Source: Candidatus Hermodarchaeota archaeon | GTDB taxonomy: Archaea > Asgardarchaeota > Heimdallarchaeia > Hodarchaeales > Hodarchaeaceae | Reading direction: 5' to 3' | Assembly: GCA_048886185.1 (NCBI GenBank) | Contig: JBHLKY010000008.1 | Coordinates: forward strand, 90,001 to 122,000 | Length of the DNA: 32,000 nucleotides | Part shown: positions 1 to 8,208 of the stretch, piece by piece | Layout: each line of letters opens with the position of its first letter | How positions within the stretch are numbered: the stretch's first letter is position 1 | Program-made: the position numbers and the translations under genes | The notes under the pieces: generated by a model | What the model saw: only the letters and a program-made list of their open reading frames with translations | Told to the model about the DNA's origin: nothing | Databases searched by the model: none

Positions 1-71
1 GATTTGCCAACATCAGGATCGCTTAGATAATGTGGAACTTTATCGTAGACCTTATAGTTAACTTGTTCCAT
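1..71 (-). CDS. 5' end of a gene running off the window, probably H/ACA pseudouridine synthase Cbf5 (archaeal TruB)
   Basis: Read by hand: ATG at 71..69 gives MEQVNYKVYDKVPHYLSDPDVGK, open to the edge. A GGTGA-type SD lies just upstream. The position directly after rpl14e matches the usual archaeal L14e-cbf5 order. Only 23 codons are visible. Confidence 0.5.
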   Translation of the reverse strand, partial: MEQVNYKVYDKVPHYLSDPDVGK

Positions 72-111
72 TTCACCCTCACCTATTCAACACAATGGTT
101 GAATTGATCCA

Positions 112-390
112 TTAAAGTGTTATCCTTAACGGGGTTTTTATTTCATTTACAATATTTGCTTTATCGATTGCTTTAGCAATATCTTCATCTTTCGCTCCAC
201 GTTTTATTGAGACACTGAGATCTAATGTGCGAAGATGTTTGATATTGCACCTACGTCGTTTTACTGGAGAAATTCCAGCACCTGAAATGAGAGCGAAATT
301 TTGGTCAACTAAATCTACAATAACTGCTTTCATTAGCGCCTCGCGACCAGCAGTCTTAACGATGACTCTACCAACTTCTATCGCGGCCAT
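112..390 (-). CDS. rpl14e: 50S ribosomal protein eL14
   Basis: MAAIEVGRVIVKTAGREA...VIVDLVDQNFALISG...VKRRRCNIKHL is the typical L14e KOW-fold signature. Confidence 0.95.
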   Translation of the reverse strand: MAAIEVGRVIVKTAGREALMKAVIVDLVDQNFALISGAGISPVKRRRCNIKHLRTLDLSVSIKRGAKDEDIAKAIDKANIVNEIKTPLRITL

Positions 391-747
391 CTTTGATTCC
401 TTCTATAAATATCGCATCTTTGTTGAGACTTGTATATAATCAAGCAAAAATCACTTGAAGAAGTGTGCATGAACGGAATAATGCAAATATTTCTGCTTCT
501 ATTCGTTTGTAGCCTTTTTAAACAATGCCTCAAATAAGTTCCCTCGCGCGCCAACATTCAAAGAGATGACCTCACATTCATTTTCAAAAAATGTTTGATA
601 TAGCCAAAATCATTCTTCAATCCCATGAGGCTACCAAGAAAAGAATAAAAACCTTGAAATTTAATTTCATTAAATCTCCGCCATACTTTTACCCATACAA
701 ATTTCACACCGCTAAAGTTAAAACCATAAGTGGAAGTAACTAATCAG

Positions 748-884
748 GCCGCTGTGGCTTAGTTGGTAGAGCGACAGACTCGTAAGGTGATTCTCTATCT
801 AGAGAGAAACCCAAGAAATCTGTTGGCCGTGGGTTCAAGATATAAGTTCCTAATGGATCGTATATGAAATTCCCACCAGCGGCT
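748..884 (+). tRNA. tRNA-Thr(CGT) with two introns (785..817 at position 37/38; 840..870 at position 59/60)
   Basis: Acceptor GCCGCTG/CAGCGGC plus discriminator T; D-arm GCTT..GAGC; anticodon stem ACAGA/TCTGT around CT-CGT-A|A; T-stem GTGGG/CCCAC with loop TTCAAG|T. Removing 33 + 31 nt leaves a 73-nt cloverleaf, and both junctions form BHB-type motifs. Confidence 0.93.
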
Positions 885-980
885 TTTATAGTTCAAATGA
901 TTTTGTTAAATAAAAATCCAAAAACCTTTTTGGATAAACATTACAATGGGTTTTCTAAGGACAATAAACTTTGGATAAAA

Positions 981-1841
981 TTACCAATTCATCTGAATAA
1001 AATCCTGATAGATATTTAATGGATTATCACTGAAATATTTAATCATTTCATTCATCTTCTCCATTCCCAATTGATAATCTCGTTGGATTAATTGCTTTAA
1101 TTCTGAAGACGTAACAAGAGATTTTAGTTTCATGTAATAGTCCTTAAGTCGTTGTTTCCATTCCTCTCTAGTTCTACGATCTAGTCTATAAATTATAGGT
1201 GTCTCTATTTCAGTGACAGTGAGCTTGTTAACGGAAGTATAATGCCAAAATACAAGAGGAAATGAATACCCCGTTTCATTAAGGGTGCTGGGAAGTATTT
1301 CAGTCTTATAGCCCTTTAATCCACAGAAAGCATCCGTAAGATTCAAATTAAAACATGTATTAATAGTTTTTGTAAGTAACATATTAGTAATATAGCGATC
1401 TACCGGTACGTTTGTGTTTTGTTCCCAGAAACGATATGATTGATAGCGGCTGGTAGAGATTAAATCTATTCCTGGATTATCAACAAAATTTTCAAGTATT
1501 TCCTTAACACTGAAGGGAGCGTGTTGAAGATCTGCATCGAAAGTGATTAATATGTTAAATCTCTCTCTTGCTTCCCGAAATAGAGTGAGAATTGACCTAC
1601 CATAGCCAAGAGGGCCATCATTGTGACGAATATATTTCAACGGATATATTAGAGCCAACTTCTTGTAGATTTCTTGAGACCGATCAGTACTTCCATCATC
1701 AACTAACAATACTCGGATATCATATTTTCTACAGTCTTTATCAAGAAATTCATAAAGAGAACTAAGACATTCAGATAGATAGGCTTGTTCGTTATATAAT
1801 GGTATGCCAATTAATATTTTTGGAATCAAGAATTCCTCCAA
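981..1841 (-). CDS. Glycosyltransferase family 2 (Dol-P-Man synthase-like fold)
   Basis: IPLYNE, LLVDDGSTD, ITFDADLQH (DxD) and TDAFCGLKGY motifs; TTG start. Confidence 0.88.
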   Translation of the reverse strand: MEEFLIPKILIGIPLYNEQAYLSECLSSLYEFLDKDCRKYDIRVLLVDDGSTDRSQEIYKKLALIYPLKYIRHNDGPLGYGRSILTLFREARERFNILITFDADLQHAPFSVKEILENFVDNPGIDLISTSRYQSYRFWEQNTNVPVDRYITNMLLTKTINTCFNLNLTDAFCGLKGYKTEILPSTLNETGYSFPLVFWHYTSVNKLTVTEIETPIIYRLDRRTREEWKQRLKDYYMKLKSLVTSSELKQLIQRDYQLGMEKMNEMIKYFSDNPLNIYQDFIQMNW

Positions 1842-2000
1842 TTAGTAAATTTGCATAAATAATGAGATTATAATTGGTTCAATGTTTTTTCCATTAATTC
1901 ACATTTAAAATGGGTTCCTATCCTTCTAAGTGTATTATTTCATTATTTCTTTTTTTGTCCCCAGAAAGTTAAACATAATTATTCCTATAGTTTTGACCAT

Positions 2001-2026
2001 TAAAAGACAAAGATTATTGTCTTTTA
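2001..2026. repeat. Perfect 10-bp inverted repeat TAAAAGACAA-N6-TTGTCTTTTA in the divergent GT2/thioredoxin intergenic region
   Basis: Read directly. The right arm runs into a TATA-like TTTTATAAA. Function unknown. Confidence 0.6.
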
Positions 2027-2289
2027 TAAAACCATAACGAACTATACATTACCATCTAATTAATAATTATTTGATCCTAAATTTTCAACACATCACTACT
2101 TTATCAAGTCATTGACTCTGGTAATCAAAAGATATATAGAATGTTCATTTTTTATTGAGCATTTTAAGTAGATCTCCTCCTCTATTTTAGAGAGAATAAA
2201 TATTTTTAAGACTTACCCCTCTCGGGCAAATAGCAGTGCTCCAGCTAGTTTATTTCATTTGTAGTACGATAGGAGAATGAAATTATCAA

Positions 2290-2730
2290 ATGAGTGATCC
2301 TGATCCTGAACTTCAAGAGATTATTAGAAAAAAGGCATCATTCTTGCAAGAACGAATAGAATTTTTCGATAAAGTCAATCGTGATGGTATTACGAATGTT
2401 ATTGATACTAATATTGAGAGAATTATTCAATCGTCTCCTATACCAGTCCTAGTAGACTTTTCTGCTGATGCTTGGTGTAAACCTTGTCAAGTTATGGGTC
2501 CTGTATATGAGGAATTAAGTCATCAGTTTGCTAATAGGGTTCTTTTCGTGAAAATTAACACTGATCACAATCCACAAGCTTCAATGAAGTACAATATTTT
2601 CTCTGTACCAACGTTCATGATGTTTAATGCTGGAAAAAAGATTAACCAACGTACGGGAGCAATCCCAAAGGCAAAATTCAAAGCTTGGATTGAGGAGGTT
2701 CTTCACAGGATCCAAATATCAACCGAGTGA
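2290..2730 (+). CDS. trxA: Thioredoxin with N-terminal helical extension
   Basis: VLVDFSADAWCKPCQVM active site, VKINTD, the cis-Pro motif FSVPTFMMF, and GAIPK. Confidence 0.92.
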   Translation: MSDPDPELQEIIRKKASFLQERIEFFDKVNRDGITNVIDTNIERIIQSSPIPVLVDFSADAWCKPCQVMGPVYEELSHQFANRVLFVKINTDHNPQASMKYNIFSVPTFMMFNAGKKINQRTGAIPKAKFKAWIEEVLHRIQISTE

Positions 2731-2736
2731 GTGATT

Positions 2737-2805
2737 ATGAGGAATAAATGGAAAAAGAAACGCTTAAGAAGAAGAAAACGTAAAGAACGCCGAAGAACAC
2801 GTTAG
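2737..2805 (+). CDS. rpl41e: Ribosomal protein eL41 (eS32), 22 aa; absent from the ORF track
   Basis: Translated by hand: MRNKWKKKRLRRRKRKERRRTR*, matching the eL41 pattern MRxKWxKKRxRRxKRK. It starts 6 nt after the trxA stop, with a GTGA SD-like element upstream. Confidence 0.88.
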   Translation: MRNKWKKKRLRRRKRKERRRTR

Positions 2806-3157
2806 ATTTCATTGTAATTTGTTCAAATTAATGAAACTCACTTCTTTTTACTATTTATACTGAGATCTAGAACACGATTATTGAAACAATAAAAGTGATA
2901 ATTATATTTTCTAAATTGAATAACTTTTTGACTTTATAGACACCACAGACTACAAATTTGGTCTTCACCAAGGAAAAAATCATTCTTCAATGAGTAACAT
3001 GTGAATAAGTTTTTTAATCAATATTTTGATTTAAACCCATTTGACTTGTGTGGTACCTTTTATAAGCTAGAATGTTGAACTTTTGCTATTAATCAAATAA
3101 CAGATGCCTTAAAGAGAGATAAAAAAATGTTTTAAATATCTAAGGAGCAATTGGTGG

Positions 3158-4252
3158 ATGATTATTGGTTTAATAGGCTCAAGAGGCACGGTACCTACAG
3201 CTGAGGTAGCAACAGTCTCGTTTTTAGTCGATAATCGATTCTTATTCGAGTGTCCCTCAGAAATAATCCAATCTTTTTATAAATTTCAACAATGTTGGAA
3301 GGAACTCCCAGAAATCTCGGTTCATCATAAAATAGTAGCTTTAGGAAAACCTACTTTTGGAAAAATAAGTCACATCATTTTATCGCATCTTCATTTTGAT
3401 CATTGGGGAGGATTAGCACATATAATTCATCGAATAATTCTTTTAGAAAAGGAAAAAAGGGAGATAAATCCCCTTATAATTATCATTCCCAAAGATTCAA
3501 CTGTTCCTTTTCAACAACGTATGAGGAAAATATATAATAGTATGGATTTAAATTTCACCTTACCAGACGATGAATTTTTCTATCGATTGCTTACAATTGA
3601 AGTGGGAGAATCAGTAAGAACAGTGTTACAGATAAAGGTTATCAATGATGGTGAAACAATTTCACTGGATTCTGATTATTCCTTATCTGCCAAAAAAAAC
3701 AATCACTTTATTTTAGGTTCTTATTCTTATAAACTAGAATTTAAGATTACAAAATTAAACATAGAAAAAGCACAAAAATTAGGCATTCCCTTTAACAAGA
3801 CATTAAAACAAATAGAGAAAAGCTTGAGTCCTATTCAGATAGGAAAACATAAAATATCTCGTTCTGATATTTTCTATGAACAGTGTACCTCTCTGTGTTA
3901 TTCTGGGGACACACGGGTGAATCCTGAACTTTTTACATTCTTCAGACAGAGTCAGATTTTGATCCATGAAGCGACTTATCTTATGCAAGATGAGAGTTAT
4001 CATCTTGATTCGCATTCAGACATTAGATCTTTAATAGAAGAAGCAGATAAACTAAAAACCCTGAAAGTTTTAATTCCTATTCATTTTTCAATCCGTTATA
4101 CTGAGGAAGAGATTTCAAAGTGTTTAGAGGATTTTCCGAGAAAAAGATATGTTTTGATAAATCCAATAGAGGATTTAATTGTCCAAATAGAACCAGATAA
4201 ATCGGTAATTGTTTTGAAGAGATTCAAGTCAGATGCTTCAGCACGTTTTTAA
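3158..4252 (+). CDS. rnz: Ribonuclease Z (tRNase Z, metallo-beta-lactamase fold)
   Basis: GSRGTVP, HxHxDH (SHLHFDH), flexible-arm-like KAQKLGIP, YSGDT, HEATY, SHSD and HFSIRY motifs. Confidence 0.85.
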   Translation: MIIGLIGSRGTVPTAEVATVSFLVDNRFLFECPSEIIQSFYKFQQCWKELPEISVHHKIVALGKPTFGKISHIILSHLHFDHWGGLAHIIHRIILLEKEKREINPLIIIIPKDSTVPFQQRMRKIYNSMDLNFTLPDDEFFYRLLTIEVGESVRTVLQIKVINDGETISLDSDYSLSAKKNNHFILGSYSYKLEFKITKLNIEKAQKLGIPFNKTLKQIEKSLSPIQIGKHKISRSDIFYEQCTSLCYSGDTRVNPELFTFFRQSQILIHEATYLMQDESYHLDSHSDIRSLIEEADKLKTLKVLIPIHFSIRYTEEEISKCLEDFPRKRYVLINPIEDLIVQIEPDKSVIVLKRFKSDASARF

Positions 4253-4261
4253 CTGGAGGTA

Positions 4262-5095
4262 TCAAAATTTCATTCTGTATAAATTAGGTGAAAAGGATGA
4301 TTGAAACCACTCTGGAATGTTTTGATAGTTATTAGATTTTGCTATATTCTTGAGCAATTTAATAGTTCCAGATCCATATTGAATGGCTTTTTTCGGTCTA
4401 TTAGTAAGACTATCAGATAAACCTATGGTCTTAGCTAATTTGCGTAACTGGGCTTTTCGTACAATATTTCCTTGAGACATGTAAGCAAGATGAGATTGAA
4501 TGGAATAAGAATATGCATGTTCAATGATTTTTGGATCTAAAAACGGGTATATTAGATCTAATCCGAAGTACTGAGCAATCTTTTGTTCTCTGACGATCTG
4601 AGATTTTTGTAATTTTTGTAAATCAAAAATCATTGCTTTTTTAACGGCCTCATGATCCCCCATTTCATATAGCTGGACATATTTTTGGTATCCTACAAAA
4701 ATTTCATCAGCTCCTTGACCTAAAAAAACGGTTTTGACATCAAAATCATGAGCTAGTGTTTGTAAACCTAAGAAAATAGGAATCGCGATTGATAGATCAA
4801 CAGGGTTATAGATAATACTCATTTGTTTTAGTGTTTCTACCGCTTCTAACACAAGTTTCTGTGTAAGAAGGCATTTATGCAGCTTAATTCCCAACTCTTT
4901 TGCCCCGATGGTCGCATTATTTAAATCAACACTATCTGGTAAACCAACACTGACAACAGCTACAGAGGAGGGTGGTATTAGCGTTATTAGAATTTTAGCA
5001 ATTATAGATGAATCGAGTCCTCCGCTATAAAGGAGCCCCACCGAATTTCTTTGTTTTTCAACAATATTTCTCAATTGGTTTTCAATAATTTCCAC
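4262..5095 (-). CDS. Asparagine synthase C-terminal (synthetase/PP-loop) domain protein lacking the glutaminase domain
   Basis: LLYSGGLDSS, GQGADEIFVGY, YPFLD and RPKKAIQYGSG motifs; only 277 aa, with no N-terminal Cys-Gly Ntn domain. Confidence 0.82.
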   Translation of the reverse strand: MEIIENQLRNIVEKQRNSVGLLYSGGLDSSIIAKILITLIPPSSVAVVSVGLPDSVDLNNATIGAKELGIKLHKCLLTQKLVLEAVETLKQMSIIYNPVDLSIAIPIFLGLQTLAHDFDVKTVFLGQGADEIFVGYQKYVQLYEMGDHEAVKKAMIFDLQKLQKSQIVREQKIAQYFGLDLIYPFLDPKIIEHAYSYSIQSHLAYMSQGNIVRKAQLRKLAKTIGLSDSLTNRPKKAIQYGSGTIKLLKNIAKSNNYQNIPEWFQSSFSPNLYRMKF

Positions 5096-5292
5096 TTTGT
5101 TTCTTCCTATCTTAAGTAATACAAGAAAAACTTCTTAAAAAAAGCTCTCATATTTCATTGGAGTGAGATTAGTATTTGACCATTACTCTAAGTTATGTCA
5201 ACATATGATTAGGTAGGAATATCTCAAAAATAAATCCTCAAAAAATTTAATACGTGGAACTAAGTTCCTTTGATTGCTACTAATGCTCTGAT

Positions 5293-5997
5293 TTGGAATG
5301 TGTTACTAAGTTGGAAAATTCACAGCCTCCCAAAAAAGTAAGAAAACGTTATGAAGCATTTTTTGCACCTTTTGGGAGATTTCTCGCAAAAACAGGAATT
5401 TCTCCAAACATGATTTCAATTATGAGTGTCATAGCAAGCATTCTTAGTTGTTGCGCATATGCTTCAGGTTCTTTTCCTAACATTGGCAAAACTTTAGGAT
5501 TAGTCACTGGAACTCTCCTTCTTGGATGTTCATCACTCTTAGATATGTTAGATGGCAGCTTGGCACGAGCTAAAGGAGTAGCAGGGCATTTTGGTGCTTT
5601 GCTTGATCGAACCCTTGATCGCGTTTCAGAGTTTTTCTTTTTACTCGGAATAATGGCTGGAGGATATGTCTACCCAGAATGGGTTTTTTTTTGTTTTGAA
5701 GGCATGATTTTAGCCAGTTATATCAGGTCTACCGCGGAAAAACGCGGTGGCTTAAATATGGACTCTACAACTGGAATTTTTGAACGAAAAGAAAAATTAA
5801 GTGTATTGGCTCTAGGATGTCTAATAGAGATTCTTATTTATGAAAATATCCTTGGATTAGGTGATTGGTGGTTCCTTGAGTTTGGAATCCTAGCATTAAT
5901 AGTCCTAATCATTGGTTTACTCTCGAACATTTCAGCATTTCAACGATTACAGTATGCTAGGAAATTTCATGCTGCTATGGAAAAAAAGGAGAAGTAG
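5293..5997 (+). CDS. CDP-alcohol phosphatidyltransferase (archaetidylinositol-phosphate synthase-like)
   Basis: GISPNMIS and DMLDGSLARAKGVAGHFGALLDRTLDR (DxxDGxxAR...GxxxDxxxD), SYIRSTAE, ERKEK, with several TM helices. TTG start. Confidence 0.88.
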   Translation: MECVTKLENSQPPKKVRKRYEAFFAPFGRFLAKTGISPNMISIMSVIASILSCCAYASGSFPNIGKTLGLVTGTLLLGCSSLLDMLDGSLARAKGVAGHFGALLDRTLDRVSEFFFLLGIMAGGYVYPEWVFFCFEGMILASYIRSTAEKRGGLNMDSTTGIFERKEKLSVLALGCLIEILIYENILGLGDWWFLEFGILALIVLIIGLLSNISAFQRLQYARKFHAAMEKKEK

Positions 5998-6030
5998 ATT
6001 GAATATTTACCTAATCAAGTATCAAAAGAT

Positions 6031-7350
6031 CTAAAATGTTACTGATTTTGGTCGTTGGATTTTCACTTTCTTTTTACAGATTGGACAGACTCCCCTAATC
6101 TTAAGCCATTCAGCTAGATGTGAATAATGAGCTGGGGATCCACAATCAGGACACCGGACTAGGGATGATGATTCAGTTATATGCATACGACACACACTAC
6201 AGAACTCTTCAACCTCTGCTTCAAAAATATCTACTGATGTTCTTTCCACACGGGGGATACGCCCCGCTGTTGTAATTTCTAATTTTTTCGCTCGCATTTT
6301 AAATGATTCAGCTGCACGAGATGATTGTGCTTTTTGGGCTGCCTGTTGGAACAATTTTGCAGCATATTGAGGATTCTCTTCCTCATTTGCTAGTGCTGCT
6401 TCAGCCAAAATTGGTGTTGGCGCCTTTTCTCCAAGACTGTCTAGGAGTTCATCGTAAAGTGCTATGGCTTGATTTGTATTTTTTTTTCGTAATATATCTC
6501 GTGCAGAATCGAGAATTTTAAGAAGACGATCATATTCGGTCATTCTATCTATTAATGAGTCAGTATCCTCCTTCAAAGATTGTTTTTCCTCAGGTGAGAT
6601 TTTTTCAACTATATCTTTAGAGATACTGAGTGATCTTCTCATTTTCTCGATATTACCATTTTGGAGATTTTTCTCAACCTCTTGTAAATAATGTTCTATC
6701 GCAATGATTGGTTTACGTATCGTGGTTAAAAAGTGTTCAGCTTCTTTGACTCTTCCTTGTTTTTGCATTTCTGTAGCAGCAGCAATAATAACTGTATTGG
6801 CTTCCTCATCTGCTCCGATTGTTCGTAGAAGCTCTGCTGCTTCTATATACTTATGTTCATTGTACGCATGTCTCGCTAGATTACGAATAGCTTGATCACG
6901 ATTATGAATGATTGAAACATTCTTATCGATGATTTGTATTGCCGCAGGAATATATTCTAATCCACCAAAGTCAATGTATACTTTAGCAGCAGCAAATGGT
7001 TTTTTTGCTAAAACAAAAGCAGAAGCAGCAGTGTGGGGATCTTTTCTACTTATATGTGTTCTAGCTAACTGAATAAACGCCTTTTCTATTTGCAGAGGAG
7101 AATATTTTTTTTCTAGCCGACGTAAGACCAAAATTTGTGAGGCCTCAGGAGTTCGTAACACTAAACTAGCTGCTTGTTCCAAAGAGTCACGTGCGTAATA
7201 GTCAAGGGCGTCAAGATGTCTCCCTTGTTGTTCTAATTCTTGAGCTTTCTGAACATGCTTTTCAGAACCTTTCCTTGTGGCGATAATAATTATGACTATA
7301 ATAATTCCAATAATTATTAAGAAACCACTTTCTCCATTCATAATTATCAT
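6031..7350 (-). CDS. Single-pass membrane protein with TPR/alpha-solenoid body and C-terminal RING-type zinc finger
   Basis: N-terminal hydrophobic helix FLIIIGIIIVIIIIA; repeated A-x-x-Y/A-x-x-G helical units; C-terminal CSVC-x12-CPDC-x4-H-x2-H-x3-W-x6-CPIC. Confidence 0.75.
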   Translation of the reverse strand: MIIMNGESGFLIIIGIIIVIIIIATRKGSEKHVQKAQELEQQGRHLDALDYYARDSLEQAASLVLRTPEASQILVLRRLEKKYSPLQIEKAFIQLARTHISRKDPHTAASAFVLAKKPFAAAKVYIDFGGLEYIPAAIQIIDKNVSIIHNRDQAIRNLARHAYNEHKYIEAAELLRTIGADEEANTVIIAAATEMQKQGRVKEAEHFLTTIRKPIIAIEHYLQEVEKNLQNGNIEKMRRSLSISKDIVEKISPEEKQSLKEDTDSLIDRMTEYDRLLKILDSARDILRKKNTNQAIALYDELLDSLGEKAPTPILAEAALANEEENPQYAAKLFQQAAQKAQSSRAAESFKMRAKKLEITTAGRIPRVERTSVDIFEAEVEEFCSVCRMHITESSSLVRCPDCGSPAHYSHLAEWLKIRGVCPICKKKVKIQRPKSVTF

Positions 7351-7874
7351 CCAAAGAGCTCAAATTATGGCCAGATGATCAATTGTTATTGAAATGTAAT
7401 ATTTGTTATGCTTGCTTTTTCTATAAAGATTACTTGTAAATAGATTTCGTTTTCGGAATGAAAGAAACCTATATAATAATGGAAACTGCTTATACTATTC
7501 TAGATAGCCTTCCTATCAAATTGTTTCCCATTTTAATTGCCACTCTTAATGAAATGGGGGAATCAGTCAAAAGTATGCCCTTTTTTGCAGTATTTAGCTT
7601 TACCTCTCAGGTTAATTTATTTTTCTTATTTAGAAAAAAAAGGTATATTCTATAGGATATATCCCCAACATATCTCTTAGAACTGTTTTTATTACCAATC
7701 CTCTTAAACGATAGTCTAATTAAAGATACCGACAAAAATCTGGCCCTATCAAATATTGATTTTTATCGGATAGATACAACGAGCATAATATCGTTCTATT
7801 AAAACTCAAGAACTATAGTTTTTTTGTCCTTGAATTCATAATATTGTACCAAAAAAAATTCTGAGCGGATTCCT

Positions 7875-8171
7875 ATGTCCATATGGCAATCATTTTTCAA
7901 TCAGCTTTCTAAACCTGTAAATAGAAATGACTCTTCATCAACATTAAACCAAATCTGTCATTGCGATGAAGGGGCTTTGTCCATTAATGGTGATAATTAT
8001 AGCCCTCAAGGAGATTGTTCATTAAGTCTGGTTTGTTGTGCCATACAAATCGATAAACATCGCGCTTATGCCTTCAATAACCATTATATGGTTTCAGAAA
8101 AATCAGAAATAAGCTTATCAGAAAATCATGACTCTAGACTATTTCCCTTTGATACAATCCTTGATAGATAA
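7875..8171 (+). CDS. Possible small hypothetical protein (98 aa, Cys/His-containing)
   Basis: ATG ORF in an otherwise empty 860-bp gap, convergent with tmcA. No recognisable family; may be non-coding. Confidence 0.25.
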   Translation: MSIWQSFFNQLSKPVNRNDSSSTLNQICHCDEGALSINGDNYSPQGDCSLSLVCCAIQIDKHRAYAFNNHYMVSEKSEISLSENHDSRLFPFDTILDR

Positions 8172-8208
8172 TCACCTGATATTATCCATCTTTAGTGTTC
8201 ATACATTT

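Noticed and set aside
227-439. 70-aa plus-strand ORF
   Set aside because: Antisense shadow of rpl14e.
391-747. Expected cmk or rpl34e upstream of rpl14e
   Set aside because: Hand translation of the minus-strand frames gave only short ORFs with no recognisable motifs, so it is treated as a divergent promoter region.
7458-7655. 65-aa plus-strand ORF
   Set aside because: Low-complexity, AT-rich, with no motif or clear SD; probably intergenic.
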